Source of the DNA: Octopus vulgaris
Lineage: Eukaryota
DNA: 64,000 nt
Reading direction: 5' to 3'
Assembly: GCA_951406725.2 (NCBI GenBank)
Contig: OX597815.1
Location: 111,662,001-111,726,000, forward strand
Part shown: in pieces, positions 12,721 to 27,840 of the stretch
Position numbering within the stretch: position 1 is the first letter of the stretch
Layout of the letters: each line of letters starts with the position of its first letter
Notes under the pieces: model-generated
The model's input: the letters and a program-made list of their open reading frames with translations, nothing else
The model's database searches: none
Told to the model about the DNA's origin: nothing
Position numbers and translations under genes: made by a program

Positions 12721-14158
12721 ATATATATGCACACACACAATTATTTTATCCTCCGAAGATTTGTAGATTCGTATGCTTATGAAATGTACGTGTTTTATTT
12801 TCTCGTATGTTTGAGTTTCTCTTTGACCTTGAATAGGCTTCATTAATATATGTGATAAGAGAGGGACGTTTGTCGTTTTATTGTCATTGTGAATCATTTG
12901 TAAGTAATGCTAATCTCGTCCTGAAAAGCTATGCATAATAAATTATAAATTTATCTATATGTATGGTTTTTTTAAAGATGTTTCTTTCTCGTTTCGTCTT
13001 TATCACATTTGGTATTTTTTATTGATGCTCTCTTGAATATATGAATATATTTTATGTACTCTTCGCCGGATTACTATTCCTTGTAGATTGCCACTTTTTG
13101 ATTAATGCTAGTTTTTGGCAGCTTATTTTTGCGCTATGATATGATGTTTTTGCGTGGTCACTGTTTCTTACACTGCTTTCCATCTTTTGTTACATCGTTT
13201 TATTTGTTATGTGATCACATTAACTACAACTAGATGATTTGCCATAATCCTTGGCAAATGCCGTCTTATATATATTTGCTTCTTAATCTGTTAATTCCTC
13301 TCCAGTCTATTTGTTAAGAACTTTGGCTCTGTTGCTTCCTTATATAAGATGTTACAATAAATGCATTGCGAATGTTCTAGGGTTAGGGTCTTGACCAACA
13401 CACGCTGGGAGTTTTCTTTACCGATGTACTTATTTTGTATTGTCTGCACTCATTACACCCAACCCAATTCTGATCCTATTTAAAACTCATTTGTAGTATC
13501 TTATATAAATTAAGTGCACTCGAACTATAAGATTTATTTCATAAATATTTATTTCATATCTAGTTTATGCTTAAATTATAGACGCAGTAACATGTATGAT
13601 TCGTCCTTAATATCACGAATATAGTCTCTGTACTTTCAACAAAGAAATTGACTACTTTTCTGAAACACTTTGAATAATGTACGTAGCACGTATATATAGT
13701 ACCAATCTAAATTGGAGATAATTGAACATAAGTGGAACTGAAATTTAGACAGTGAAACAAATGAGAAAAGTTAGTGTGTTGTCAAATATAATTAATAAAT
13801 TATACTATGATCTTTTTATATGTATGAGTGTTATGTTTGATACATGCAGCTCAGCTAAATGATTGTAGTGAACATGAATAAGGAAAAACGTTTGTAACGA
13901 TAATTTATGAGATTATGATAATGCTGCAGGAACATTTCTAGTGAAGAGCGGAACATCTGATATTGTCTCCCTCTTTCAGACAGGCAAATACAGCTCGATA
14001 TTTGATATGTATATATCCCAATGATCAAATATGGAAAAAGAGACTCAAACTTAATCGAATTCGAATTCGGAACACTAAGTTCTTTAAAAAAAATGGCTGA
14101 AATATTTGATATGTTTATATTTTCGTTTTTTCGTACGTCGTCTAATGCTTCGGCCAAC

Positions 14159-14234
14159 ACTACTACTGCTGCAGCTCCTACAGATACTTTTGCTGCTGCT
14201 GCGGCTGCTGCTGCTGCTATTACTACTACTACTG

Positions 14235-14305
<71 letters not shown>
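14159..14305. repeat. (CTG)n/(CTA)n microsatellite
   Basis: Seen directly. Confidence 0.95.
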
Positions 14306-14306
<1 letters not shown>

Positions 14307-15660
14307 GGGATGTTGATAAAACTCATCAAATCTCAATAATCTTTCTTAGGATCCTTACAGAATACAGGATTGCATGTCTATGTATGTCAACAATGCTAGT
14401 CTCAATGGCTATATCCTTCAACCTATTAGATAGCAGTTTGGGTGTTGTGCTAGTTGCAACAATAACTCCAAAAATCCTTAGGATTTCAATCTTCCATAAA
14501 TTCTCTCTCTCTCTCTCTCCCTCTTTCTCTCCTCTTAGTAACTCGTGATGTTTCTCAATCATTTCTCAATTTCTTAGGCATCCATAACATATGGCATTGG
14601 AAAGTTTATGATATTAGGCTGTTTGTTCCTCCATTTTCCGCTCTACAATCGTATCTGCTCTTCTCACTTCAGTATTATGACCAGTTCTTTGTGGGGAAAA
14701 ATGCCACAAAATCCTCTAAGTATTATTTTATATCATAGCATCTGCTTTGTATTCATCCCACGTTTCTACTACTTTAAATCCTTTAGCTCGATAAACATCC
14801 TGATGCATAGCTTCTTACCTGCAGTTATACGTTTTGTGTACTAACGTATTGCATTCACACAGATGATAAATACTTTCGCCTCCTTTCCCATAGGATCTGC
14901 ATTTACATCTAAAGTTATATCAATCTTTGCCCTTAACTTACACGTTCTAATGATTTGTTCCTGATCGATTATAAGTGGCGATATGGTTTTTCGCTTCTTC
15001 GGTTTGTTGTATGACTTTACAATGTAATTATTACGCTTTCTAGCGAATTGTTCTGTTGTTCTTCCCTCTGTTCATGAGGTCTCCTATTGTTTTAATAGCT
15101 TTTTTCCTATTTCGAGCAGCCGAAAATACTCTTTCGTCACTGTGTACAATCTAGTTTTGCAAACATGTTATCGCAGTACTAATGATATCTTCTACGCTTA
15201 GCTATCCTCATACTTTCGTGGTAGGTCTATGATACATTAAGTGTTGCGCTTTATGTATGGTTAGCAGCTTTCTAATTCTACTAAGGTCTGCAGCTTTGTT
15301 GTTACCCATTGCAGAAAAGGAGTGCAGTATCTTACTACTGACATATCACAAGTATCCTATGCTTTTATAAAACAACCTTCATTCTATGTTGCGTTAAGCA
15401 CCATCTAAATTCTTGTCATACACTTTTTGAATAAGTTCTCTGTCTTCTCGCATTTCGATTTTCGTAACGTATCGCAGCACCTCTGGTACATGTATACCTC
15501 ATTATTCGTAGCGGTATGACATCATTCATCATCGCCTGGTATTTTACACCACATGTCGTCCTCTCTTCATAATTTACACTGCACACCCCAAACCGCATCC
15601 TAATATCCCTGATAAATACTAGATTTGATGACACAGGCCGTTTTCATATTTTGTATACAA
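14306..15660 (-). mobile_element. Old decayed R4/Dong-type non-LTR retrotransposon, 3' part
   Basis: FIRDIRMRFG (RT), IRKLLTIHK and the C-terminus IVDIHRHAILYSVRILRKIIEI*, matching motifs of the element at 53684-57723. Confidence 0.7.
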
Positions 15661-16029
15661 TTCGAGTTCATCCTTATAAATCATTACAATTTCTTAGAAT
15701 GTGAAGCAATGAAAAATTGTTTTTCATCTTACAGAACAATATGACTTTCCTCTCTGATACTGTCTAGTAGCTAATAAGGTCCTAAACAAAACACATATGT
15801 GAAAACGACGTTGTTTACATTAAGGTTTGTTTATATTTCAAACTTTTATTAAATTTTGAAATATACGTGTTTATATCAAAGAAAAAGTCTACATAAACAT
15901 CACCTAATAATTATATAGCAATAACAATTAGTTGTTATACAGAGACAGCTTCATTTGTCCAATTATGGGAATTCTGTACTACAGAAGATCGATGGTGTAC
16001 TGGAAATAACAGGTTCTAGAAGCAGCTGT

Positions 16030-17700
16030 TACTGTTGCTACCTCCTCATCTGCCGGTCTTCTTTCTTTGTCAAACCTGCCAACTCTTCCAAATAAAAATG
16101 ACTCGTATTATTAGTTCCACAGATGTAGCAGCACGGTATTTTCCACTTCACCACCAGGGTTAAAGCTTTTCCTTCATGCATTTTAAATAGGTATAACATC
16201 TGGGTAAGGTTACGGTCTTGGTGGTCATCCGTGGCTACATATCTGTGCAAAAGTTCTCGGTCATATGTTATTTCGTATCAGGTCGCAGATCGCCATCATC
16301 CATGCTCCGACGCAAATGTAATTACAAGTATAAACGCCAAACATCTCTTTTACGTCATCTATGTAGTACCGCATCAGCCTGTGAAAGTATTTTACAGATC
16401 AGATAAGCTTGCTCTCTTTACATTCCCTAACCCGCCATTTCTGAGGACCAGGTAGAATCTTACATATACCGTACCCTAATCAATGGAACACACAGCGATT
16501 AAATTAAATATGAATTTGAGTGTATACAGAACCTCAATCCAACTTTCAAAGTTCAGTTATGTATTACATTCTCCCTTACCCGCTCGTGAATACATTCTTT
16601 ATTCCAGTTATTATTCCTTATTCGGTGACATAATTTAGCATCGTCTTTCTTTGAATGGATTTGGGATATGTTTAAAACCTCATAATTTGACTTGAGATGG
16701 TAAGAAAAATCTATTATATGCATTCTTTGTTAATACTGCTTATTGTCTGACGTGTCAAAATTGAATTTTACATCACTGCAATATACATAACATTACAGAT
16801 GCGAGTTTCTTTTTACTTTCAAAGAATAGTGTATCTCACACCTTTGTCCTCATTTTCAACGTTTTATCAGCATTTTCAGAAGTGGCATCACTGTCGCTTT
16901 AATGAGGTTGTATCTACTCCTCTCAGTTTATCTTCTATGTTTTGTGTATGATCTTCCTCTTTCTTTTCTCATACTTTTCTAACCGTTTTCATGTGTTCCT
17001 CTGCAACCATGATCTGTTCTACATCACATGACATTGGGAATGGTGATATAGGTAGGTTTTTACTTTTAAAAATGGTATGTTTGTATGCTTGTTTCTCGGA
17101 CTGACAGCTGGCTTATGCTCACCCACTTCTCCAGAACTGAAGCTAATGGTGTTTTGGAAATTAGAGCTTGTCTCTGTGGCCTTCCGGCAATTCCCTCACT
17201 TTCTTTAGTAGTTTTCCCAGTTCTTAGAAATTAGAGGCTTAAAGTGGTTCTTACTAGTACTGGTGGCAAGTGTGACACTGTCGCGACACCACCAGTCTCA
17301 ATCCCTTTTTCTCTGTGACTTTGACTGGGCATTGCTCTGTATCAATTTTCCACCTTGAGATATATTTAGGACATATATATAATTATTTTGAAGTCTCTTT
17401 AGAACATGTTCGGGGACGTTTTTGTAATGCCTGATTTAACTGTCTGCATTGCAATACAAAATTGACGACCATCCAAAGTTCCATATACTTTCCCGAAGTC
17501 TCTTACAATCAACCTTGCATTTCCTTGACACATATACTAGAACGCATATGTACGAGTAAATGTATATCGAGCAATTTCGGCTAGAGTTGTTATTTTAGAA
17601 AAATCAGCAAGGGATACTTTAACATTTTCCCCTTTCCATTGAGAAATTTCTAAAGAATTTTTTAACCGCTTCTAAATTCCATTGATAAACATGATTGTTG
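16030..17700 (-). mobile_element. Possible highly decayed L1/Tx1-like LINE
   Basis: Only weak motifs: LRNGGLG near 16420-16445 and a possible eroded zinc knuckle near 17410-17460. Confidence 0.2.
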
Positions 17701-18452
17701 ATAATTTTAATACCAGATACACTTTTTTCAAGCACAGATATATTTTTCTTTACCCTCTCTTGAGTAAACTCCTGCGGCCACCAGACAATGTTCATCTTTT
17801 GATATTACTTTCAAGGAAGTTTGTTAAATCTAAAACTCTTGTGCGTGATATGAAAGAGGCAAGATTAGATTCATAACTACTTTATAAAAAGTAAAAATGC
17901 CTTCCAGCAAGTATTCTTGTAATGTTGTCATTATCTTCAAAATAAATTGTTAGACTGTTTGAAATGTTTTCTTCTATTAAATATTCATGAAATCGTTCCT
18001 TATTTCCTTGTTTGGTATACATTCTGGCTGACATATTGTTTACCTACTATTGCACACGTTATTTGCAGTTGTAATATTTCGCTTTGTACAGTGTGTCTGC
18101 CAAATATTTTGATGTGAAATATTGTCAAAATGTGTAAAGACATATAATGTAGTGAGTAAAAACAAACTTGCTTTTTGTTTGCTCTCCGATATCGTAGTGA
18201 AGCGTCCTCAGGTAATTAAATCCTTTTTGACAATATTCCAAAGAAACTTTTAGTTGGCATTGCTTGAATTAAGTTGTGTCTACGAGAGGGAAGTGAAATT
18301 GCGACTTCATACGGTGATTCATAACAACAACAACAATAATAGTAATAACAATAATAATAATAATAATAATGATTATTATTAATTTTAATATTGTTGTTCT
18401 TATTACTGTTGATGTTGATATTCATGATGATGATGATGATGATGATGACGAC

Positions 18453-18485
<33 letters not shown>

Positions 18486-18528
18486 CTGATTATTACATAA
18501 TACTATTCTACAAAAAATAAACTATTTT

Positions 18529-18694
18529 AGGCGCATGATTGGCTGTGTGCTTAGTAGCTTGTTTACCAGCCACATGGTTCCGGGTTCAGTCCCACCGCGT
18601 GGCACCTTGGGCAAGTGCCTTCTGCTATAGCCGCGGGCCGACCAAAGCCTTGTGAGTGGATTTGGTAGACGGAAACTGAAAGAAGCCCGTCGTA

Positions 18695-18743
<49 letters not shown>

Positions 18744-18915
18744 ATGTGTGTGTGTGTATGTGTGTGTGTGTGTATGTGTGTGTGAGTTTGTATGTCTGTG
18801 TTTGTCCCCCCAACATCGCTTGACAGCCGACGAGAATAAGTACTGGGCGTACAAAGAATAAGTCCTGGGGTCGAGTTGCTCGATTAAAGGCGGTGCTCTA
18901 GCATGGCCGCAGTCC
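18529..18915 (+). mobile_element. tRNA-SINE family B with internal (TA)n(TG)n tract
   Basis: Head aggcgcatgattggctgtgtg..ggttcagtccc (A/B-box-like), body gtgagtggatttggtagacggaaactgaaagaagcccgtcg, microsatellite 18693-18800, then 3' body. Confidence 0.85.
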
Positions 18916-19196
18916 ACACAGCAACACAATTACGGACAGCGCACAAAATATACACAAACACTAAAAGCAAATGCAAACACGAGGCAACACTAACAAAGGG
19001 AAACAACCAAAATACAGACACAGCACAAAGCATATACTGACACAAGGTAACGCATACAGAGTGAAGCAAGCTTAGATAGTAGAATTAGTGACTTAGAAGC
19101 ATTACTAACAATGAAACACATCCAAAAACACTCACACTCACATACAAGCACACGCTTGTATATATATATATATACACATACGTTATAACGTATATA

Positions 19197-20090
19197 CGAG
19201 AGTAGGCTAAAACGTTCATAGGCTGACTATGAAGAAATGATGGTAGAATTATATCTTGCATGTATTAATTACAGCTCGTTTCATTACCAACTGCATCGTT
19301 TCTTTCCATGTACACTGACGTCTAACTACAGCTAAAGATTAGTAGCGACCCCTCTTCAAAATGGACAAAATTTGGCAACGTCTTGTTATCAAGTACTTGC
19401 AGAGAAATAGGACATTCATGTTGATATGGTTGTTATAATAGGGGATTACACTCCAGCTTTATCAACAGGACAAATGTTAGCAGCTAAATTTAGGAGAGGA
19501 AGAGAGAACCTTCATAAAGACTTAAAGACTGGACATCCTGAAATTATCACCTCCGAGGAAAATATTGATTGTTATCACCACATGCTAATGGATAACTGGC
19601 GATTAGCCATAACTCAAACAGCCAATGGTATAAGCATATCCCGTGAGAGTTGAGAATTTACTGCTCAATGAACTTGGTATGACCAACGTTTCTGCTCTAT
19701 ATGTACCAAGCCGTCTGGCACTTGATCAAAAGCAAGGTCAACCTGACCACATCAAGGGGAAATATGACACGGTTTGAGTCAGATCCAGGTGGTTTACTCA
19801 AACACTTCCTAACCCAGGATGAATGTTGGGCTGGTCACTTTGAGCCAGGGACAAAGAGACAATCCACGCAATGGAAACACCTCTCCTCACCTTCTCCAAA
19901 GAAGGCCACGGTTGTTTCGTCTGCAGGGAAGTTGTTGGCCTCCGTATTTTGGGATGCAAACGGGATTTGTGTTTATCTTCAAAAGAGCCTCACCATCAAT
20001 GGAGAGTGCACAGCCAACTTACTGAGACAAGTAGGAAAAATTAAGACCAAATGCCCAGGAAAACTGGCAAAACAACCAACCAAGTAATTT
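19197..20090 (+). mobile_element. Decayed mariner (irritans-like), 3'-truncated
   Basis: TA|CGAG start; FRRGRENL..GHPE; LTQDECW.GHFEPGTKRQSTQWKH..SP.PKK..SAGKLLASVFWD. Confidence 0.85.
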
Positions 20091-20283
20091 CTTTTTGTGT
20101 CTTCGTTTACTGAGTATTCTACTAAGCGGGATGATCGGTAACATTATTTAAGTATTGCTGGAGAAGAGAAGACGGGAGAAATTTGAAATAGTTTCGAAAC
20201 ATATATATATTGTGAGAGAGAGAGACAGAGAGAGAAAGAAAGAGAGAGATTTGATACACATAAAGATTTGAAAGAGAGATTTA

Positions 20284-20326
<43 letters not shown>

Positions 20327-20364
20327 ATTATAGAATATGTGTGTATGTGCATATGTACCTGTGT

Positions 20365-20535
20365 ATGTCGACAACACCAACTCCAGTACTCAACTCGTAC
20401 TTGTATTATTGACGCCGATTGAGGAACGGCAAAGTCGACCCATGTGGCATTTGAACTCAGAACGTAAAGGCAGAAGAAATACCGCAAAGCCTTTTTCCCA
20501 ACGCGGTAAGTTTTTCTGCAGTTCGCCACCTTAAC
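20365..20535 (-). mobile_element. tRNA-SINE family A, degraded
   Basis: ggcaaagtcgacc..gcatttgaactcagaacgtaaa..ttcgccaccttaa. Confidence 0.75.
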
Positions 20536-22171
20536 GAAGATAAATATGAACAAGTCATCATAATTATTTGAACTATTTCAATTAAGCAGGTTGGACTGTG
20601 AGAATTCAGATCTTAGAAATGTGTGTGCGATATGTTAATATCTTTACAAAATGTTCTAGATTTCCTAAAAAGACCCCCCCATAAAAAAACATACGGCAGT
20701 TTAATTGTAATAGTAAGTATATAGAATACTTTAATCTATGGTGGAATAAAGAATCATTTAGAACTAAATCAAATGGTTTTTGAAATGATTCACAACCAAC
20801 GGAACTTAGGTTCAGATATGAGGCAGACATATAGAAATTGTTAAATCTGTCTTTCCTATAATCTTTACGTTTATATTTACATGCTAGTCATATACTTAAG
20901 AATTATATTGAAAATAATTCAACATCGAATATATTACAATCAATATATATAGTAATATATGTATAAAATAGAGAACCTGTACGTGTTTGACTATTCTTTC
21001 CTATTCACTAACATTATTTTGCAAATTTATTTATTTAAAATACTCTTTCTTTTAACATCGCCGAAGACAACTCTCTTCTTACTAAATTATATATTTTTAA
21101 TATCTTAGTGCTTAAACCAATATCTGAATTTCTAGGCATTATTGTGTGAAGTAATCCTACCCGAATGAGTTGATAGGCAAAAGTAATTGATCGAATGTTT
21201 AAAATCATTATATAAAACAGATTATATTTGAAAGTAATATATTACTGTCGATATTTATATCAGTTAATTGGTATCTATCATTGGCTTTCATAAGCAAACA
21301 TCATTATCTGGCGTTTGAAAACATAGGAATTCCTTTGTTTCAGAGTAGCATAATTTAACTTAAATACACTTTCAGTTCTAGATCGCTTCATGGGGGGCTA
21401 AACGATAACATTCGATTTCATATTTCCATCAATTCAAATTAAATGATACTCACTGTGGAATCCTATGTCACATACTGAATAGGAAAAATTGTCATTCATG
21501 AATGCACAGAACAATAACATTAATATCTGCATGTGATATATTATCTACTTCGAATAGCACCAGAATATCATTATAGTGAAGTTTGTTTTCTACAATGGTG
21601 CTTGAGGAAGAACCTCAAAATTTCTTAACGTGATCGTTTCAGAAACAAGAGTTCATTAAAACAGACATGGTGCAAAATCTTGATAACTTGATAACTCTTA
21701 GAACGTGATAAGTAAATGATATATTTCAGATGGATACGAAAAGGCGAAGAAGAAAAAATAAAATTTCAAAGCTGTCATGATCTTGGAAGTTTCGGTAGTA
21801 CGTAAGATTCAGTCTACAAACACTGTGAAAATACTGAAGAAGATGCATACGACCGAAAAGCTAGAGAACTGTCACCTGATCTGTCATGAACAGAATGGAC
21901 TAAGCACCATCAATCCTGACTAAATTTTAAATTTGCTTTAGTCAAAAACATGGTTAATTCTCATAAGGAGAGGAAAAAAATCACCAAAATTTCAACCGGT
22001 GAAAGACTGTTACATGTTATATTGTAACCCATTTGTTAAACAACCAGCTTAAGGGAAGCAAAAGGATCAAAACAGCCACACCAGACTGACGGGAGAAAAG
22101 AATAAAAATAGATTCCAAGACACACCTACACTTTCTCTATCACACAGAAGTATGTGCGTGCGTATGTATAC

Positions 22172-22940
22172 ACAGGGTGTTCGGGGCTAAACTGAAGACT
22201 TTTATGCTTCCGTTTTTCATGAATAGCTCGAAGTATTGAAGATTCCAAGGCGTTAGAGGGCATAAGTGTAAATTTATAATTGAAGAAAAGTAATTTGACA
22301 TGAAGGATTGGACGCGATCTGAATAATGGAAAAGAGATACCTGGATCATAGTTATTCGCAATGGCTGTCTGCCCACATCATGGCTGTTGTTCTATGCTCT
22401 GTGAACACTGTGAAAGCTGTAAGGTGTGACATAAAAAGCTACAACAGATATTACAAAGACATCGCCAACAAGGAGGGACACAGTCACTTTTATGATTGCG
22501 TCTGACCTCCGGAGTTCACCTTCACATCCTTGAACAGCGCCTTAGGTTCAATTAACATGGCTATGTGAAGCTTCTGGAGGCTGTGATCAAATCCTGGTTG
22601 AGGAGGATTGCTGCTGAAAGGCTAAATATGTGGCAGCAGGTTTCAGTTCCTTGCCATGCCCCAAGAAAGACTTAGATATGTTAGTCGGAGACTTATTCTA
22701 TGACATCATCGGCCCCAATTTCCGATTTCCTTATTTCCATAATAACAATCCTGCAGATGACTATGTGTGGGGCGCAGTTAAGAAACAAACCGACCGCTCT
22801 GACTGCAATCCCAAGGCCGAGCTGAGGATCAAGATCAAGCGGTGTTCAGAAGTCTTCCCTAAGATACAATATGCAGCTGTGCACCAGATTCTGGAGCCTC
22901 TTGATGCTGAGGTGAAAGCTATTGGTGGCTAATTTAAGTA
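22172..22940 (+). mobile_element. Decayed Tc1/mariner relic (DD37D/maT-like)
   Basis: CAGGGTG start after a TA/CA run; remnant NPADDYVWGAVK (cf. NPLDYYVWG). Confidence 0.65.
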
Positions 22941-24189
22941 AACTGCTTTACAACATCAAATTCGGTGAATAACTAAAACATATGCATTGTGTATGTACGA
23001 TACGTTAATATTTACTTTATTCGAGCTGCTTTTAGTTCGTAATTTCAATAGCATCAATAAGTCAAACTATAACATTGATTACAATCAGTATTATATTTAT
23101 ATTACAGTTTCACTCTTATATACTTTATAATTTCATGTATTTTATAGAAATACTTCACATATTTTAAACACATCTTCACATAGTTTAAACACATCTTAAA
23201 ACAATTAATGTAAATCTAAATGCTTGCATATGGAAGTAAACAACCACGTAAATGCATAAATGGAGTAACAGATTAATATAAAACGAACGTAGAAATAGAA
23301 TGTTGCCTATCATTGCAATGAAAATTTAGGTAGATTAATAGGTAAGGAGAGAGCACAGCAAACAGAGAAATATATGTCACAGCTTATTGATAAGTCTTGG
23401 TTGATTGATCAACAAATACATACAAATTGTTGATACATACAAATAGAAACACATACTTTGATAAAGATCTTTTGATTGATATAAATGTAGATAAATATAT
23501 CGAATGTTGGTAATAATCAAGAGGTAAAATAACCTTTGACACTTAACAACAAAGGAAATAAATCAAAACGAATCAGAAAATCCCCTTATTATCGCAGGAA
23601 ATATTATAAATAACGATTTTGTGTTATTCTCTGTACACAAGTAAATTATGGTATGACTTAGCTATTCTCTAGCCGGCTATTATACTACAAAAGATTATTT
23701 TCCCAAGAGCTATCTCACTTCTAACATGCCTCTTTTGTTAACTATTATATACCAGTAAAATTTGATTTGAAATATACAGAGATTTTTCTGTGGTTCGTTA
23801 ATTGTCTTTGGTGTGTTTTATTACGTTAGATATCAAAGTCATATGATTATTAATGCTTTAGATTTCAATGCGTACTCTTTGATATTCTGTCATCACTTTA
23901 TATACACTGTGGAGGTTGGCCTGCCGGCTACCAGATACACTAATGTTATGATTTGAGTTTATTTGAGTATTTAACATTTGTCTACTTAGTTTTATCAGTT
24001 CAAATTCTGCTGAGTTGGAATAAACATTTCCTCTTCAAGTGATAAAATTTGTTTATTTCATCATGATTCCAATTGCCCACAATCCTTATTCGTACGCCAA
24101 ACCAAAATGTATCCATACTGCTCTCTTTTTCTTTAGCTTTCTGTCGGACAGAGTCAAAACCTGTCAGCTATTGAATAAATACTGGATTC

Positions 24190-24380
24190 GAATTTTGGCA
24201 TAAGGCCAGCAATTTCAGGGACGGTGTCGGTCGATTACATCAATCTCAAACGCTCAACTGGTACCTGTTTTATCGAGCTCCGAAAGAATGACAGACAAAT
24301 TCGAACTTGGCGGAATTTAAACTCATAAAGTAAAGACGAACGAATTACGGCTAGCCATTTTGCCAGCTCGCCACATTTAA
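24190..24380 (-). mobile_element. tRNA-SINE family A
   Basis: aattttggcataaggccagcaatttc..gtcgattacatc..actggtac..ggcggaatttaaactc..tgccagctcgcc. Confidence 0.8.
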
Positions 24381-25259
24381 GCTGCTGAATAAATTTTGCT
24401 TTCCAGTTTCATTTTATGACTAACATTTATATGGCTAATATTCTTTGCTCTCAATTATATTTTTGTATATATGGGAATAAACTTTCGCTTTCTACTAAAC
24501 TGACACACACTTGAATATATAAACCTTAATTTAGCCATGCTGTCCACACAAATATCAAATCGTGAAAGAACCAGCCAACCAACCAACCAAACAACCAACC
24601 AACTCCAGAACTGTATTTGATTTTAAATAACCTCCAACATCTTACCAACGGAAATGTCCAAAATAAATATTAAATATATTCAAATGAAGCAACAGATTCC
24701 CTAAAAGGTAGCTGTCAAACCAACTTATATCACTAATGGAATCAGGAATATCTCACTTAAAGAATTTTGTTCAGGTGTTGAATAAAAGTAAGTTTCAATG
24801 AAAGTCAAATGTTTTAGCTTCCGAACTTAATTAAGATGTATTTTGGGTTGATATTACTTCTTTAAATTTATATAGTAGTAAGAAGTGATATATTTACTGT
24901 TAGTGAAAGTTGTCTGCGTTGTTGCTGGCACTATAACCGAATTGCAAAACTTGTATGATATATATGAAGCGAAGATATATAGGTGTACATGCAAAGATAT
25001 ACATACATCCATACATATGTGTGTGTGTGCATGTGTACACATTCACATATAGCACACGCACATATGTATATATTATAGAGAGAGATAGAGAGAGAAAGAA
25101 AGAAAGAAAAGGAGATAGAATGATGGAAGGGGAGATAATATATGATGGTGGAAATTTCTGTACAAAGTTTGACTAAACTTTGTGCTCTGTATACGAAAAT
25201 ACAATTATGTTCAGTTTGTAAGTCGAAGATACATTTGATACCTATCGAAGTTTGTTCGA

Positions 25260-25860
25260 TGCTCAATGTAACATTTTCTTCCAACCGGCCTTGTTTGACA
25301 ACAGGTACTGAAATCTGGCCGGAATAAAACGACTGATTTCTCATATTACGAGTACAAGAATAGATCAAATTTTCATCTCCAAACATAATTCGACGTCAAA
25401 AGTGGGCATCTCGAGGATTTGTCAGCACTTGCTAGCAAATCTTAACACGTCATTGAGCCTGTTCATTGGTCAATTCACAAGAGATACTTTTAATAGCATG
25501 TGTTTGCAAGGCCGAGCTCATTGCAGTGTCAACTGATAGTGGTTGGTGTGAGGACCAAGTTTTGTGGAGAATGTACGAATACATGTGCTTTCTGTAGTAG
25601 AACCGATTTAAGCACGGCGTCATCGTTCAAAACAGGTCTCCCTTACCTTGGTTTATCTTCGAGTTTGGTGCCTCTATTAGTTTTGTGGCACACGTTCTTT
25701 TGACATTTCCTGGGTCTTCTATTTCATTTATTTCTTTCGCAGCTGCCCTTAACACTCCTTTTCCTATATGTAGCGAAAAACAGCCCTAATTGCACATTTT
25801 TCACCAATTACAGAATTTGTAAAAAACAAATAAACAATTAAGTCTTATATGTTATATACG
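25260..25860 (-). mobile_element. Decayed mariner transposase fragment
   Basis: LEDKPR*GRPV and RRIMFGDENLIY (cf. RIVTGDEKWIY). Confidence 0.65.
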
Positions 25861-27798
25861 AAAGTATGGAATAAACAATTCAGCTAAGATTGGAGAACGA
25901 ATAGTTTCAAATTTATACTATAATATGTATATACAATATACAGACCTGACATAGTTATGCGACCTGACAAGTTTGAATCAAGAATATAACCTGGATATAA
26001 AAAAAACCTGATAAGTTCATAAAAGATGTTGGAGATATTTAAACACACACACGCACAAACTCACACACTACACACGCGCGCACACATACATACACGCGTA
26101 TTCTTTTCATATAGATATAGATAACCTTTTGTTTTACAAGTGTATGAAATACAAAGAAATTTAACAAGGTCATTCAATATAATATTTTGGGCAGCAAAAC
26201 TGTCGTCCAGTTTATCTCTACTATCTGTCATTTTCATTTCTTTAACAGAACCCATATTTTTACAAGTATTCATTAAATATTTCCAGTATCAGATTATTTT
26301 CCTATTAAAATTTTGGGAGGACCCTGCAGAATCATGTATAATTCCTTACGAACTTTTACTCAAAACGAAGGAAAGTAAAATAAAAAGCTGGCAACATTTT
26401 CTGGTTTCATTTTATTGGTGCATATACTTAATATATTAGTCAAGATAAGAAAAAGTGTGAAGAATAAAAGTAATGGGAGGTTTAATGTCATGAGAGATAA
26501 AATTGATGTAGAAAACAGTGGAATAGGGTGAATAGCACGTGAGAAATGGGAAATATCTCAGATAGCAGCAGTTAAATTTTTGAAAGATCTCACAATCGAA
26601 TCTGACAATACGATGAAGTGCAATATGTAGTGGGAATATTTTATCTTAGTGACATAGTTTATCTACTTAATGCATGTACGATGTGTTTCATATACGTACT
26701 ACCATTAGCGTATGATTTACAAAAGATATCACAACAGTATGATTGTATTGTGTAATATCGTAGTACGGGATGTTATGTACTATTTGGTTTTAGTAAAATC
26801 TCTGTTAATGTTATGCATTTTTGATTAACCTATTCGGTTATTATCTCATAAAATCTCTTCCTTTATTTGTCAGTTAATCATCTCTTGTTGAGTTTCAAAT
26901 TTGCGCTGCCGCCAGCCATGATGTGTAAGGCGATTCGCTGATATTACCAGAGAGAGATTGTGAGGCAATAAAGAACCCTTAATAATGTAGTAAATATTCG
27001 ATTAGGTTCTATATCTGCCAAGCATATTCATAATTATTTCATTTCCCCCTAAGCAGTAGGGTTTGATTCTCAAGACTCCAGTTGTTCCGCATGATTAGAT
27101 AGCATTGGCAATTATGTTCTTCATTTTTATTACGTTTAAAAATATTTCAGTAATACTACGCTATAGTATTACTGGGATGACAACAATATCTGGAATGCTT
27201 TAACATCCCTTATATAGTAGAAACGTTAAAACCGTTCCATATTACAAGCTGATGTTTATGTCAACAACTGAATCAATAGGGAAGTAATCGTGAATCTGTA
27301 TGGAATTAAAATTAACTTTAAAACTACAACCGAAATAGTGCCCTTGATTATGAGAAAATTCCCTGTTGCAATCTATAAAGAGACGCTATTTATATTTCAA
27401 GGAGCTCACGCAGCCAACCATAACATCACACTTTATTTCGTTGAGTTAGTTATTTCATAATTTTTGTCGTTTTGGTCATTCGTACATGTTTTTTGTGTAT
27501 TTTTATTATCCTTTGTTATGCTTCTGTTATTGTTCTCAAATTTGCAATTAGGTGTCTCATATTAGATAATTTGTTCATTACAAAATATAGCGCTGTAACG
27601 GAATAAAATAATTTTCATATATTAGAAATAATGTTGCCATTGTATGATATTTGGCAGGAAGTAACTGTCTGAAACCGATTATGCACTTTGATTTATTGGA
27701 TGCGGTATATTTCAGCAGTAATATCATAATTAGTTTTTCTCAAACTACCCGCACGCTCGCGTACAAGCATACGCGCACACAACATACATAAATACACA

Positions 27799-27840
<42 letters not shown>

